Of a DNA stretch of 34,553 nucleotides, positions 9,215-17,172 are shown piece by piece. The notes below the pieces were generated by a model. It did not search any database and was not told the origin of the DNA. It saw nothing but the letters and a program-made list of their open reading frames with translations. Numbering within the stretch: the first letter of the stretch is position 1; every line of letters starts with the position of its first letter. Made by a program: the position numbers and the translations under genes. The DNA is from a virus (Duplodnaviria > Caudoviricetes), in IMG/VR virus record IMGVR_UViG_3300034178_000058, positions 1 to 34,553 of that record; one strand, given 5' to 3'.

Positions 9215-9616
9215 ATGCGAGTGAAGCCCGGAGCGAACCTGGACCACGCCAGCGCGGAGCTCCTCCACGGCATCGCGGTCGTCGAGGAGGAGTTCCGGCG
9301 CGCTGGCCTCGAAGCCCGCATCACCAGCTGCTTCCGCCCGGGTCCCTGGGCGAAGACCCTCCTCCACGGGATCGAGCGCGACGCGAAGCGGACGGCTCGC
9401 CATGGCGTCTGCGACGCCTGCGACTTCGCGTATCCGCCGCCCGAGAAGGCGCCGGCCATCATCGCGGCGATCCGCGCGCGGCTCTCGAAGCCGGCCGGCT
9501 CCTTCGACGTCCTGGACGAAGGCACGCCGACGTACGCGGAGGGCGCCGGCGTCGGCTCGCAGTGGACCGGAGCTCACCTTCACATCGAGTGGGATCCCAT
9601 CCCCGCCGGCGGGTAG
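9215..9616 (+). CDS. Putative endolysin, peptidase M15 / Hedgehog-DD-peptidase fold
   Basis: ITSCFR, H-x6-D (HGVCDACD) and HLHIE zinc-ligand motifs; followed by holin- and spanin-like genes. Confidence 0.75.
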   Translation: MRVKPGANLDHASAELLHGIAVVEEEFRRAGLEARITSCFRPGPWAKTLLHGIERDAKRTARHGVCDACDFAYPPPEKAPAIIAAIRARLSKPAGSFDVLDEGTPTYAEGAGVGSQWTGAHLHIEWDPIPAGG

Positions 9617-9638
9617 CCGGACCAACAGGAGATCAAAC

Positions 9639-9869
9639 ATGAAGAGCCCCAAGACCACCATCCTCGGCGTCCTCGCCATCACCGGCGCTGCCGTCGCCTT
9701 CGCCACCGCGCTGCTCGACGGCAAGGCGGAGACGGTTCCCGATATCCTGGCGACGCTGTCGGCGATCTCGGCCGGGATCGGCCTCATCACGGCCAAGGAC
9801 GCCAACGTCACCGGCGGCACGATCCCGTCCACGCCCGAGGCGGCGGCCCGCCTCCAGCAGTCCCCGTGA
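9639..9869 (+). CDS. Holin-like membrane protein
   Basis: AGGAGA RBS; MKSPKTTILG..., two hydrophobic segments, GLITAKD. Confidence 0.7.
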   Translation: MKSPKTTILGVLAITGAAVAFATALLDGKAETVPDILATLSAISAGIGLITAKDANVTGGTIPSTPEAAARLQQSP

Positions 9870-10081
9870 CCACCGCGTGGCAGCGCTTCGTGTACGCGGT
9901 GGCCTACGCCATCGCGTGCGCGTGGCTGGACGCACAGGACGCTCGCCGCACGGCGATCGAGGAGATCCCCGATGACCAGGACCGCACGCGCGCTCTGCGC
10001 TTCCGCCGCGCTGTTGCTGACGAGCTGCGCCGGCAAGGGCGTGATCCCGGACCCGACCATCCCGCACCGGCTGGCCCGTGA
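9866..10081 (+). CDS. Putative i-spanin (Rz-like)
   Basis: N-terminal hydrophobic anchor, charged C-terminal part; overlapped by a lipoprotein gene in another frame. Confidence 0.5.
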   Translation: MTTAWQRFVYAVAYAIACAWLDAQDARRTAIEEIPDDQDRTRALRFRRAVADELRRQGRDPGPDHPAPAGP

Positions 10082-10196
10082 GGCCGAGGTGGAGCTCTGG
10101 ATGCGCCAGCCCGACGGGACGATGAAGCGCCAGAAGGCGCGCGCGCTGCCGGGCTGGTGGCTGGCTGGTCCGCCTGTCGTGGAAGCGGTGCCGTGA
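9972..10196 (+). CDS. Putative o-spanin lipoprotein (Rz1-like)
   Basis: GAGGAG RBS; signal peptide with lipobox LTS-C; proline-rich mature part. Confidence 0.65.
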   Translation: MTRTARALCASAALLLTSCAGKGVIPDPTIPHRLAREAEVELWMRQPDGTMKRQKARALPGWWLAGPPVVEAVP

Positions 10197-10468
10197 TGGG
10201 CGACATGGAGCGGACCATCACCGGCGAGTTCCCGCTCCCCCTCTGCCCGAACGCGGGCTGCGCGCGCGCCTTCCACGACATCGAGCGTCGGCTCGACGTC
10301 GTCGAGAAGGACGACACCCAGGCCGAGATGTGGAAGGTCCTGCGAAAGATCGAGCAGGACCTCGAGCACATGAAGGGCCGTCTCGTCGGCTACCAATTCG
10401 CTGGGGCTCTCCTCGGCGCCATCGTCGGCGCGATGGCGGCCGCGCTCGTCGCGCTCGCGCTGAAGTAG
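10196..10468 (+). CDS. Coiled-coil protein with C-terminal TM helix (XhlA/holin-like)
   Basis: Coupled TGATG start; IERRLDVVE...IEQDLEHMK followed by FAGALLGAIVGAMAAALVALAL. Confidence 0.6.
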   Translation: MGDMERTITGEFPLPLCPNAGCARAFHDIERRLDVVEKDDTQAEMWKVLRKIEQDLEHMKGRLVGYQFAGALLGAIVGAMAAALVALALK

Positions 10469-10481
10469 AGCCCGCGGGGCG

Positions 10482-10506
10482 CGCTGTCCCCGCTCCCCCT
10501 TAGCCT
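10482..10506 (+). promoter_or_regulatory. Candidate late-promoter motif, copy 3 (before capsid leader)
   Basis: CGCTGTCCCCG-N8-TAGCCT; 17-nt GGGGCGCGCTGTCCCCG identical to the copy at 23771. Confidence 0.6.
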
Positions 10507-10514
10507 CGTCTCGC

Positions 10515-10667
10515 ATCATGGGTGGTGGGTCTCCCGGCCTCGCGCCGGCCCCGCAGAAGCCCAGGGCCTCGGGAGCGGGCGCACAGCTCCAAGCGCGGGC
10601 CCGGCACCTGTCCGGATTCCTCGTGGCGACCTGACCAATCGCCCGCGGACGCGGGCAGGAGAACCAC
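10515..10667 (+). other. Structured non-coding leader of the major capsid gene
   Basis: Hairpins CCGGC/GCCGG, GGAGC/GCTCC, CCGG/CCGG and GCCCGC/GCGGGC before AGGAGA RBS. Confidence 0.4.
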
Positions 10668-11525
10668 ATGGCCGTCGCAGACCTGAGCCCCATCTACCAG
10701 CGCGACTACGAGGCGAACCTCCGTTCGCTCTCGCAGCAGCGCGGCTCGAAGCTCCGGCAGTACTGCATCGAGCGCAACGCCCCCGACATGCACCTCTGGG
10801 ACCGCATCGGGGCGCTCACCTCCGTCGCGCGCACCGCCGGCGGCGCCACCGCTGACACTGCGGTCGCGCTGACGCGGCGCCGCTCCAAGCCGAGCTCGTT
10901 CGAGGTCTCGAACCTCGTCGACCCGGACAACATCGCCCAGGCGACGCAGGACCCGCGGAGCGACATCCTCCGCGAGCACGCGAACGCCCACGGCCGGAAG
11001 TTCGACGACATCATCCTCACGGCCGCGCTCGGCTCGACCGAGGACGAGGCCGGCGCCCCGACCGTCTTCCCCGTCGGGCAGGGGCTCGGCGGCGTCGCCC
11101 AGGCGTTCGACTTCAACTTCATCACGTCGGTGAACGAGAAGTTCTGGGCGAACAACGTCCCGCAGGACGAGGAGAAGGTCTTCATCATCCGCCCGAACGG
11201 CGCGAAGAAGCTCCTCCAGCTCACCCAGGCGACGAGCACCGACTACGTGATGGCCCAGGCCCTCGCGTCCCGCGGCATCGTCGAGAACTGGCTCGGCTAC
11301 ACGTGGATCGTGAGCAACCTGCTCCCGAACGTCGCCGGCCTCCAGTACTACTACGTCGCGATGACCAAGCGGGCGATCGGCCTGCACATCACGAAGGACA
11401 TCTGGACCCGGGTCACCGAGAGCTCCGAGAAGTCCTACGCGTGGCGCATCTACAGCGCCTTCGCCGCCGGCGCGACGCGCATCGAGGACGAGCACGTCGT
11501 CCGCGCGCACGTGCTCGAGTCGTAA
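10668..11525 (+). CDS. Major capsid protein (podoviral, BPP-1 Bbp17-like)
   Basis: YEANLRSLSQQRGSKLR, D.IG, A.A.GRKFDDIILTAALG, S.DY, WLGYTWIVSN.L, GATRIEDE.VV. Confidence 0.92.
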   Translation: MAVADLSPIYQRDYEANLRSLSQQRGSKLRQYCIERNAPDMHLWDRIGALTSVARTAGGATADTAVALTRRRSKPSSFEVSNLVDPDNIAQATQDPRSDILREHANAHGRKFDDIILTAALGSTEDEAGAPTVFPVGQGLGGVAQAFDFNFITSVNEKFWANNVPQDEEKVFIIRPNGAKKLLQLTQATSTDYVMAQALASRGIVENWLGYTWIVSNLLPNVAGLQYYYVAMTKRAIGLHITKDIWTRVTESSEKSYAWRIYSAFAAGATRIEDEHVVRAHVLES

Positions 11526-11531
11526 CCGCTG

Positions 11532-11571
11532 CCGAGGGCGAGGCGGCCTCCCTGCGCCGCTTCGCCCTCGG
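11532..11571 (+). terminator. Strong hairpin after capsid gene (partial terminator or mRNA stabiliser)
   Basis: 16-bp stem CCGAGGGCGAGGCGGC/GCCGCTTCGCCCTCGG with one G-U pair; only a weak U tract. Confidence 0.55.
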
Positions 11572-11601
11572 TCCTTCCGAGCAGGGACGGAGTCACCCCA
11601 C

Positions 11602-11832
11602 ATGGCGTTGAGAGTCGGAGCTACCGAGGCGGAGCGCGAGCAGGTCATCGCCGGGCTGAGGGCCGGCAAGTCCTACAAGGAGGCCACCGCGCCGCTGCGC
11701 GCCGTCGTCGAGGAGCAGTGGTTCAGCCGCAACGAGCGGCACCTCCTCGAGGTCGCCGAGCACGGCGAGCAGAAGGCGCCGCTCGTCGATCCGCCGAAGG
11801 ACGACAAGAAGCCGAAGGACGACAAGAAGTAA
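11602..11832 (+). CDS. Hypothetical protein
   Basis: GGAG RBS; ends in an 18-bp tandem duplication encoding PKDDKK x2. Confidence 0.65.
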   Translation: MALRVGATEAEREQVIAGLRAGKSYKEATAPLRAVVEEQWFSRNERHLLEVAEHGEQKAPLVDPPKDDKKPKDDKK

Positions 11833-11844
11833 GGAGACCCCGCC

Positions 11845-12264
11845 ATGGCCACGATGATCCGCGTGAAGCTGGAAGCCCCCACGAGCGGCGCCACGGTCGA
11901 CGCGGCGGCCGTCACCCTCGGCGTCTGCCTGACGGACGAGCTCGTGGTCATGGTGGGGGACACCGTCGCCCGGCAGCGGCTCGGCAGCGAGACCCGGGAG
12001 GCTCTCCTCCTCCTCGCCCGGAAGTCGCGGTCCGGGATCGTCGTCGCGGCCGGTAGCGTCCGGACCTTCCTCGGCGTGCCCGGCCTCACCGCCGACCAGA
12101 TCGACGCGGCAGCCGCAACCGAGCTGAACGCGGTCGTCCCCACGGAGACCGAGGTCGGGCTCATCGTCGGCGCCAACGCGAGTTCCCTGCTCGACCGCTC
12201 CGAGCTGGTGCTCGCCGCGGTCCGCCGGGCGCTCGACGCCTTCGTCCCCACCTTCGGCGTCTGA
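11845..12264 (+). CDS. Hypothetical virion protein (possible decoration)
   Basis: TAAGGAG RBS; lies between capsid and tail tube A. Confidence 0.6.
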   Translation: MATMIRVKLEAPTSGATVDAAAVTLGVCLTDELVVMVGDTVARQRLGSETREALLLLARKSRSGIVVAAGSVRTFLGVPGLTADQIDAAAATELNAVVPTETEVGLIVGANASSLLDRSELVLAAVRRALDAFVPTFGV

Positions 12265-12271
12265 GGCCAGC

Positions 12272-12847
12272 GTGGACGCCGTCGGGATCTGCAACCTCGC
12301 GCTCGGATGGCTCGGAGAGCGCGCCATTGTCGCCCTGGACGGGACGCTCGGCACGACCGAGGACCTGTGCGAGCGCATCTACCCGGAGGCGCTCCGTGCC
12401 GCGCTCGAGGCGCGCGCCTGGACGTTCGCGACCCAGCGGCTTCAGCTCGCGCCGGCGGAGGCGACCGGGCTCGCCGACTTCCCCTCGAGGTACCCGATCC
12501 CGGCGACAGTGATCCGCGTCCTCACCTGCGACGACGGCAGCGGGACGCAGGAGATCGAGTGGCGGCGGGAGGGCGCGTACGTTCTGACCGAGACCTCGCC
12601 GGTGACGCTCTACGCGAAGGCGCTCGTCCTCGTGGAGGACGCGGCGCTCTTCTCGCCCGGCTTCGGGCGCGTGGTGGCGGCGCGGGTCGCGGCCGACCTG
12701 GCCGGGCCGATCACGGAGAACGAGGAGCTCGCGACGGCCATGGAGCGGCGCTACCTCGCCGAGCTCGCGCAGGCGGCGACGCGGGACGGGCTGCAGGGGA
12801 CGTCCGAGAAGGTCCGGTCTAGCGGGCTCGCCGCGAAGAGGTGGTGA
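12272..12847 (+). CDS. Tail tubular protein A / adaptor (T7 gp11-like)
   Basis: VGICNLALGWLGE..I...YP......LEARAWTFA..R..L; F...VAARVAADLA.PIT. Confidence 0.9.
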   Translation: MDAVGICNLALGWLGERAIVALDGTLGTTEDLCERIYPEALRAALEARAWTFATQRLQLAPAEATGLADFPSRYPIPATVIRVLTCDDGSGTQEIEWRREGAYVLTETSPVTLYAKALVLVEDAALFSPGFGRVVAARVAADLAGPITENEELATAMERRYLAELAQAATRDGLQGTSEKVRSSGLAAKRW

Positions 12848-12850
12848 GCC

Positions 12851-14974
12851 GTGGCCTACTCGCCGATCCAGACGTCGTTCGCGGGGGGCGAGCTGTCGCC
12901 GCGGCTGAGGGGCCGCGTCGACCTGGACGTGTACGGGAAGGGGCTCTCGTACAGCGAAAATTTCATGCACCTGCCGCACGGCCCGATCGTCGGCCGCAAC
13001 GGCTTCGAGTGGATCGACGAGCTGAACGCGGACCTCGGCGCCACCCCGAAGATCATTCCGTTTCGTCTCGCCGGGCAGCAGGACGCCATCCTCGCGCTCG
13101 GTCACCTCGCGATGCGGATCTACAAGGCCGACGGCGGCCAGGTGCAGACGATGGGCGCCGAGCTGGTCCCGCCCGGTGGGTTTCCGCCGTGGGTCCGGAT
13201 CGCTGGGAACGTCGACTACAACGCGACGGACAAGAGCTTCTACTTCCTGGGTGGTGGCGAGTCCATGCGACTCACCGTCAACACGCTGGAGGCGGGATCA
13301 CACCGTTGGGCCCTCGACTCAAAGAATAACAGCGGAGGCTTCTCTTTCGGGTGGGAGACCAGGTTTGGAAGCACCCCGGGCGGCCAGGAGCTGGGACGAG
13401 TGACCGGCTGGATCGGTGGCGCGGAGTGGGGGGCGCAGACGCCGCGAACGATCGAGATCCCTGGCGCGATGACGGTCTACATCACCGTTACCTCCACCTC
13501 GCACTCGGTCACCGCGGGATGGCTACGGGCCATGTCCTTCCGCTCTTCGTTGTCGACCGTCGCCCTGCCGGCGCCGTGGACATCGGAGCAGGCGCACGAA
13601 CTCCAGTATGCGTCGGAGACCGGCAGGGATCGCATGATCCTGGTGCACCCGAACGTCGAGCCACGCATCGTGACGTGCGTCGACGGAGACGCGACCTGGG
13701 ACACCCAGACGCTCACGCAGGTGATGACCGCAGAAGCCACCCTCGCATCCAAGCCCGCAGAGTGGGCGGGCACCAACTGGCCGGGGGTCATCGAGATCGC
13801 CAACGGCCGCTCCTGGTGGTCGGGGACGCCCGCGGAGCGCAACAAGCTCTGGGCGTCGAAGTCCGGAAAGCCCTTCGACTTTCTCCAGGCCTCCCCGGTC
13901 ATCGCGTCCGACGCCATCATCCAGACCCTCGCAACCAAGGGAGCGATCCGGTGGCTACGCGGCGCGATGCACATGCTCTGCGGTACGGAGGAGGGTGAGC
14001 ATTCCATTGTCGCGTCCGGGGGCGTGCTCTGGCAGGGGGACATGGATGCCCGATCGGAGTCGGCATTCGGCGCGGCGGCTGAGCAGGCCGTCCACGTCGG
14101 GAACAAGGCACTCTTCGTCTCGGCCGACAGACGGAAGGTGCGCGCGCTCGGCTACGACCTCCAGACGAACGGTTGGGTGCAGGCCGACCTGACGTTCCCA
14201 GGGGAGCACCTCACGGCCGGTGGCATCGACGAGATCCACCACTGCCGCAACCCGCACGGCACGATCATCCTGCGCGTGGGGGACGGGTTCGTCGCCGCCA
14301 CGTACGACGAGGCGTCGCAGACGCTCGCTTGGTACAGGATCACGACCGTCGGCGCGGTCCTCTCTGGCGGCGCCTCCAACGGCCCCGAGGGCTCGGCGCT
14401 CTGGATCGCGGTTCAGCGCGCGAATGGCGTCATGCTCGAGAGGATGTGGCTGTCGGACCGGGGCGATCCGGTCGCGCTCGACTCGCAGGTGATGAAGGGC
14501 GTGGAGGCAGACGGCAGGATCATCGGGCTCGATCACCTGGAGGGCGAGACGGTGACTGTGGTCATCGGGACCGTCGTCATCGCGGGCCTCGTGGTCGCGG
14601 CCGGCGCGGTGCAGCTCGACGTGGAGCACGCCGGCGGCGCCGCGACGATCGGCCTGCCGCTCCCGGCCATGAAGGCGGTGACGCTCCCGCCAGAGGTCGT
14701 GAGTCGACGCGGCAGCTCGGCCGGGTCGAAGAAGCGGTACGCGCAGATCGGCGTGCGCCTCAACCGCTCCGCGTTTCCTATCGTCAACGGGCATCGCGTC
14801 CCCGACCGGACGCCGGCGACGCCGATGGACGAGGGCGAGCCGCTCTTCACTGGCGACGTCCAGATCCGGAACCTCGGCTGGGAGGAGAACGGCGCGATCA
14901 CCATCGAGCAGGACCTGCCGCTGCGCACGGAGATCCTCGCGATCTTCGGCGACCTGCAGGTGAACCAGACGTAG
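12851..14974 (+). CDS. Tail tubular protein B / nozzle (T7 gp12-like)
   Basis: IQTSFAGGELSPRL.GRVD...Y; WPG...NGR.WW.G; LWASKSG..FDF; C-terminal IEQDLPL..EILAI. Confidence 0.92.
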   Translation: MAYSPIQTSFAGGELSPRLRGRVDLDVYGKGLSYSENFMHLPHGPIVGRNGFEWIDELNADLGATPKIIPFRLAGQQDAILALGHLAMRIYKADGGQVQTMGAELVPPGGFPPWVRIAGNVDYNATDKSFYFLGGGESMRLTVNTLEAGSHRWALDSKNNSGGFSFGWETRFGSTPGGQELGRVTGWIGGAEWGAQTPRTIEIPGAMTVYITVTSTSHSVTAGWLRAMSFRSSLSTVALPAPWTSEQAHELQYASETGRDRMILVHPNVEPRIVTCVDGDATWDTQTLTQVMTAEATLASKPAEWAGTNWPGVIEIANGRSWWSGTPAERNKLWASKSGKPFDFLQASPVIASDAIIQTLATKGAIRWLRGAMHMLCGTEEGEHSIVASGGVLWQGDMDARSESAFGAAAEQAVHVGNKALFVSADRRKVRALGYDLQTNGWVQADLTFPGEHLTAGGIDEIHHCRNPHGTIILRVGDGFVAATYDEASQTLAWYRITTVGAVLSGGASNGPEGSALWIAVQRANGVMLERMWLSDRGDPVALDSQVMKGVEADGRIIGLDHLEGETVTVVIGTVVIAGLVVAAGAVQLDVEHAGGAATIGLPLPAMKAVTLPPEVVSRRGSSAGSKKRYAQIGVRLNRSAFPIVNGHRVPDRTPATPMDEGEPLFTGDVQIRNLGWEENGAITIEQDLPLRTEILAIFGDLQVNQT

Positions 14975-14983
14975 GAGGCGATC

Positions 14984-15379
14984 GTGGATCCGGGACTCAT
15001 CAGTTTGGGGATTGGGGTCGCCAGCTCGGGCGCGCAGTGGTGGCTGCAGAAGAAGCAGGTCGCCGAGCAGAAGCGCGTCGCGCTCGAGGAGGAGCGCCGG
15101 ACGCAGCTGCAGCGCCAGGCCGTGCTCGGCGGGGCGACGGCGCGCGGCGCCGCCTCCGGCTTCGAGTTCGAGTCGCAGGGGCTTCAGAAGTACCTCGGCG
15201 ACATGGAGGCCGAGTTCTCCCGACAGCGCCAGTGGGCGCTCGACCAGGCCCGCCGCGGGGCGAAGCTCGGCAACCTCGCCGCCGGCATCGGCCTCGCGAC
15301 CGGGATCGCCGGTTCCGCCAACGACTACATGAAGTCGAACAACTGGTTCCTGACGAAGGCGCTCGGGAGCCCAGCGTGA
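14984..15379 (+). CDS. Small internal virion (ejection) protein, gp14-like
   Basis: GGAGG RBS; hydrophobic ends, Q/A-rich helix, G.ATARGAASG motif. Confidence 0.75.
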   Translation: MDPGLISLGIGVASSGAQWWLQKKQVAEQKRVALEEERRTQLQRQAVLGGATARGAASGFEFESQGLQKYLGDMEAEFSRQRQWALDQARRGAKLGNLAAGIGLATGIAGSANDYMKSNNWFLTKALGSPA

Positions 15380-17172
15380 AGCTCCCCGCGATCGAGTACG
15401 GCTCCGTCCAGAACGCCGTCGCCCCGGCGCTCGGCCGCGTCTCTCAGGCCGTCGGCGGCCTGTCGGACACGGTCCGCGCGGGGCTCGACGCCTTCGGCCA
15501 GGAGTTGGTCCGGACGCAGTCCCAGAAGGCCGCGGCGGACCTCTCGGCGGGCCTCGCCGACCTCGAGGCGTCGATCGAGCGCACCCCCTACCTCACGACG
15601 CAGCAGGTCCGGGACGCGCTGGGGGACGACGTGGAGGGTCTCCCCTCCGAGGTGAAGAGCCAGATCACCCGCAAGGCGCTCGACATGCGCTCCGGCGAGA
15701 TGGTCGACGTCGACCGGGACGACGTCCCCTCGTGGGCGGTCGCCGGCGCCATCTTCTCGAAGCGGTCGAAGGAGCTCGTGAAGCTCGCCTCGGGGGGGAT
15801 GTCGGTCGGCGCCGGGTGGCAGGCCCGGTTCGAGGCCGGCGCCGCCGAGGACGTCCACGCTCGGCAGGTCCGGCTCGAGCAGGGGCAGTTCCGCGCCATG
15901 CTCGGCGACCAGCGGAAGACGCAGGCCGAGACGATCGAGAGCCACCTCCGGGCCGGGAACTGGGACGCCGCCCAGAACGTGATCACCACCTCGAAGGCCT
16001 TCGAGCCGGCCGAGAAGGAGCAGCTCGTCGGCGCGGTCGAGCTGGCGCAGCAGAAGCGGCCGCTCGAGGACCTGGTCCTGAAGGGCATCGAGTCGACGCG
16101 GGACGTCCTCGAGGCGGGGAAGCTCATCGCGGGGCTGGAGAGCGGCGACGGCTTCGCGCGGCTCGAGGAGAAGGACCGGATCGATTGGAAGCGCCGCCTC
16201 GAGGCGGAGGTGAAGGGCTTCGAGCAGGACCAGAAGGAGGCCGTGGCGAACCGCTTCAAGGAGGCGGACGAGACCGCGCGGAACGGGATCCTCGACGCCT
16301 ACATCCAGGCGGCCGGGAAGCAGCTGCCGCGCTCGCTCATCCCGACCCCTGGCACCGTGTCGAGTTCGACGCTGCAGTGGGCGATTGGGCTCGTGGAGAG
16401 CACCCGGCCCGGACAGAAGGCCGTGGAGACCGACCTGAAGGCCTACGCCGAGCTGACCGGGCTGGCGACGACCAACCCGGAGCAATTCAAGAACGCCGAC
16501 CTCGCTCCGTACTTCTCCCGGCTGTCCGTTCCCGACGCGCGGCACTTCATCGACCTGCAGCGGACGCTGAAGACCGAGGGACCGAACGGCGTGAAGTACA
16601 CGAGCTTCTTCGGCCCGCAGGAGGAGACGAACACCCGGCTCGCCTTCCACGGTCTGCACGTGACCGGGAAGGACGCCGAGGACGACGCCGCGGCCGTGGG
16701 CTACGTCCAGCGCGAGGTGAACCGGGCGCTCTTCAACGCGACGCGCGCGAAGGCGGGGAAGGGCAGCTCCGCGCCGCTCACGCCCGCCGAGCAGACCGCG
16801 ATCGTGACGCCGCTCGTCGACAAGCTCGTCAACGCGAAGGCGTGGAAGGCGGAGGCGAAGGGCTCCGGGATCCCGGTCGATTACTCCATGGCGGTGAAGG
16901 ACAGCACGATGCGCCGCGGCAAGGGCGTCGCCGTCGACGAGCAGAAGGACACCTACGAGATATTCCAGGCCCGGCAGAATGACATCGCCATCGGATGGAA
17001 CCGGAACGCGGGCACGCGCGCGCTCACCCCGGACGACGAGCTGCGGATCTTCGACATCGTCTGGACGAAGGGCGAGCAGATCCGGGAGGCACTCAAGACG
17101 GCCGGCAAGCCCGCGGGCTCGACGGCGATCACCGACATGGCGGTCCGCGCCTACCTGCGGGGCGTCCAGTGA
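15376..17172 (+). CDS. Internal virion (ejection) protein, gp15-like
   Basis: GTGA-coupled start (MKLPAIEY); helical 598 aa; position. The track's extension to 14173 overlaps two real genes. Confidence 0.75.
   Translation: MKLPAIEYGSVQNAVAPALGRVSQAVGGLSDTVRAGLDAFGQELVRTQSQKAAADLSAGLADLEASIERTPYLTTQQVRDALGDDVEGLPSEVKSQITRKALDMRSGEMVDVDRDDVPSWAVAGAIFSKRSKELVKLASGGMSVGAGWQARFEAGAAEDVHARQVRLEQGQFRAMLGDQRKTQAETIESHLRAGNWDAAQNVITTSKAFEPAEKEQLVGAVELAQQKRPLEDLVLKGIESTRDVLEAGKLIAGLESGDGFARLEEKDRIDWKRRLEAEVKGFEQDQKEAVANRFKEADETARNGILDAYIQAAGKQLPRSLIPTPGTVSSSTLQWAIGLVESTRPGQKAVETDLKAYAELTGLATTNPEQFKNADLAPYFSRLSVPDARHFIDLQRTLKTEGPNGVKYTSFFGPQEETNTRLAFHGLHVTGKDAEDDAAAVGYVQREVNRALFNATRAKAGKGSSAPLTPAEQTAIVTPLVDKLVNAKAWKAEAKGSGIPVDYSMAVKDSTMRRGKGVAVDEQKDTYEIFQARQNDIAIGWNRNAGTRALTPDDELRIFDIVWTKGEQIREALKTAGKPAGSTAITDMAVRAYLRGVQ

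Noticed and set aside
11500-11610. T7-style capsid frameshift/readthrough extension
   Set aside because: No slippery sequence evident; TAA stop is followed by a strong hairpin and a separate RBS
11794-11829. 18-bp tandem repeat (PKDDKK x2) and the GCCACTTCG repeats near 24295
   Set aside because: Simple coding low-complexity repeats
14173-15375. N-terminal extensions in the ORF track (also 156-629, 8630-9214, 16995-17168, 23611-23808, 28306-28563)
   Set aside because: They overlap real genes and are Arg/Gly/Pro-rich; coupled or RBS-supported starts lie downstream
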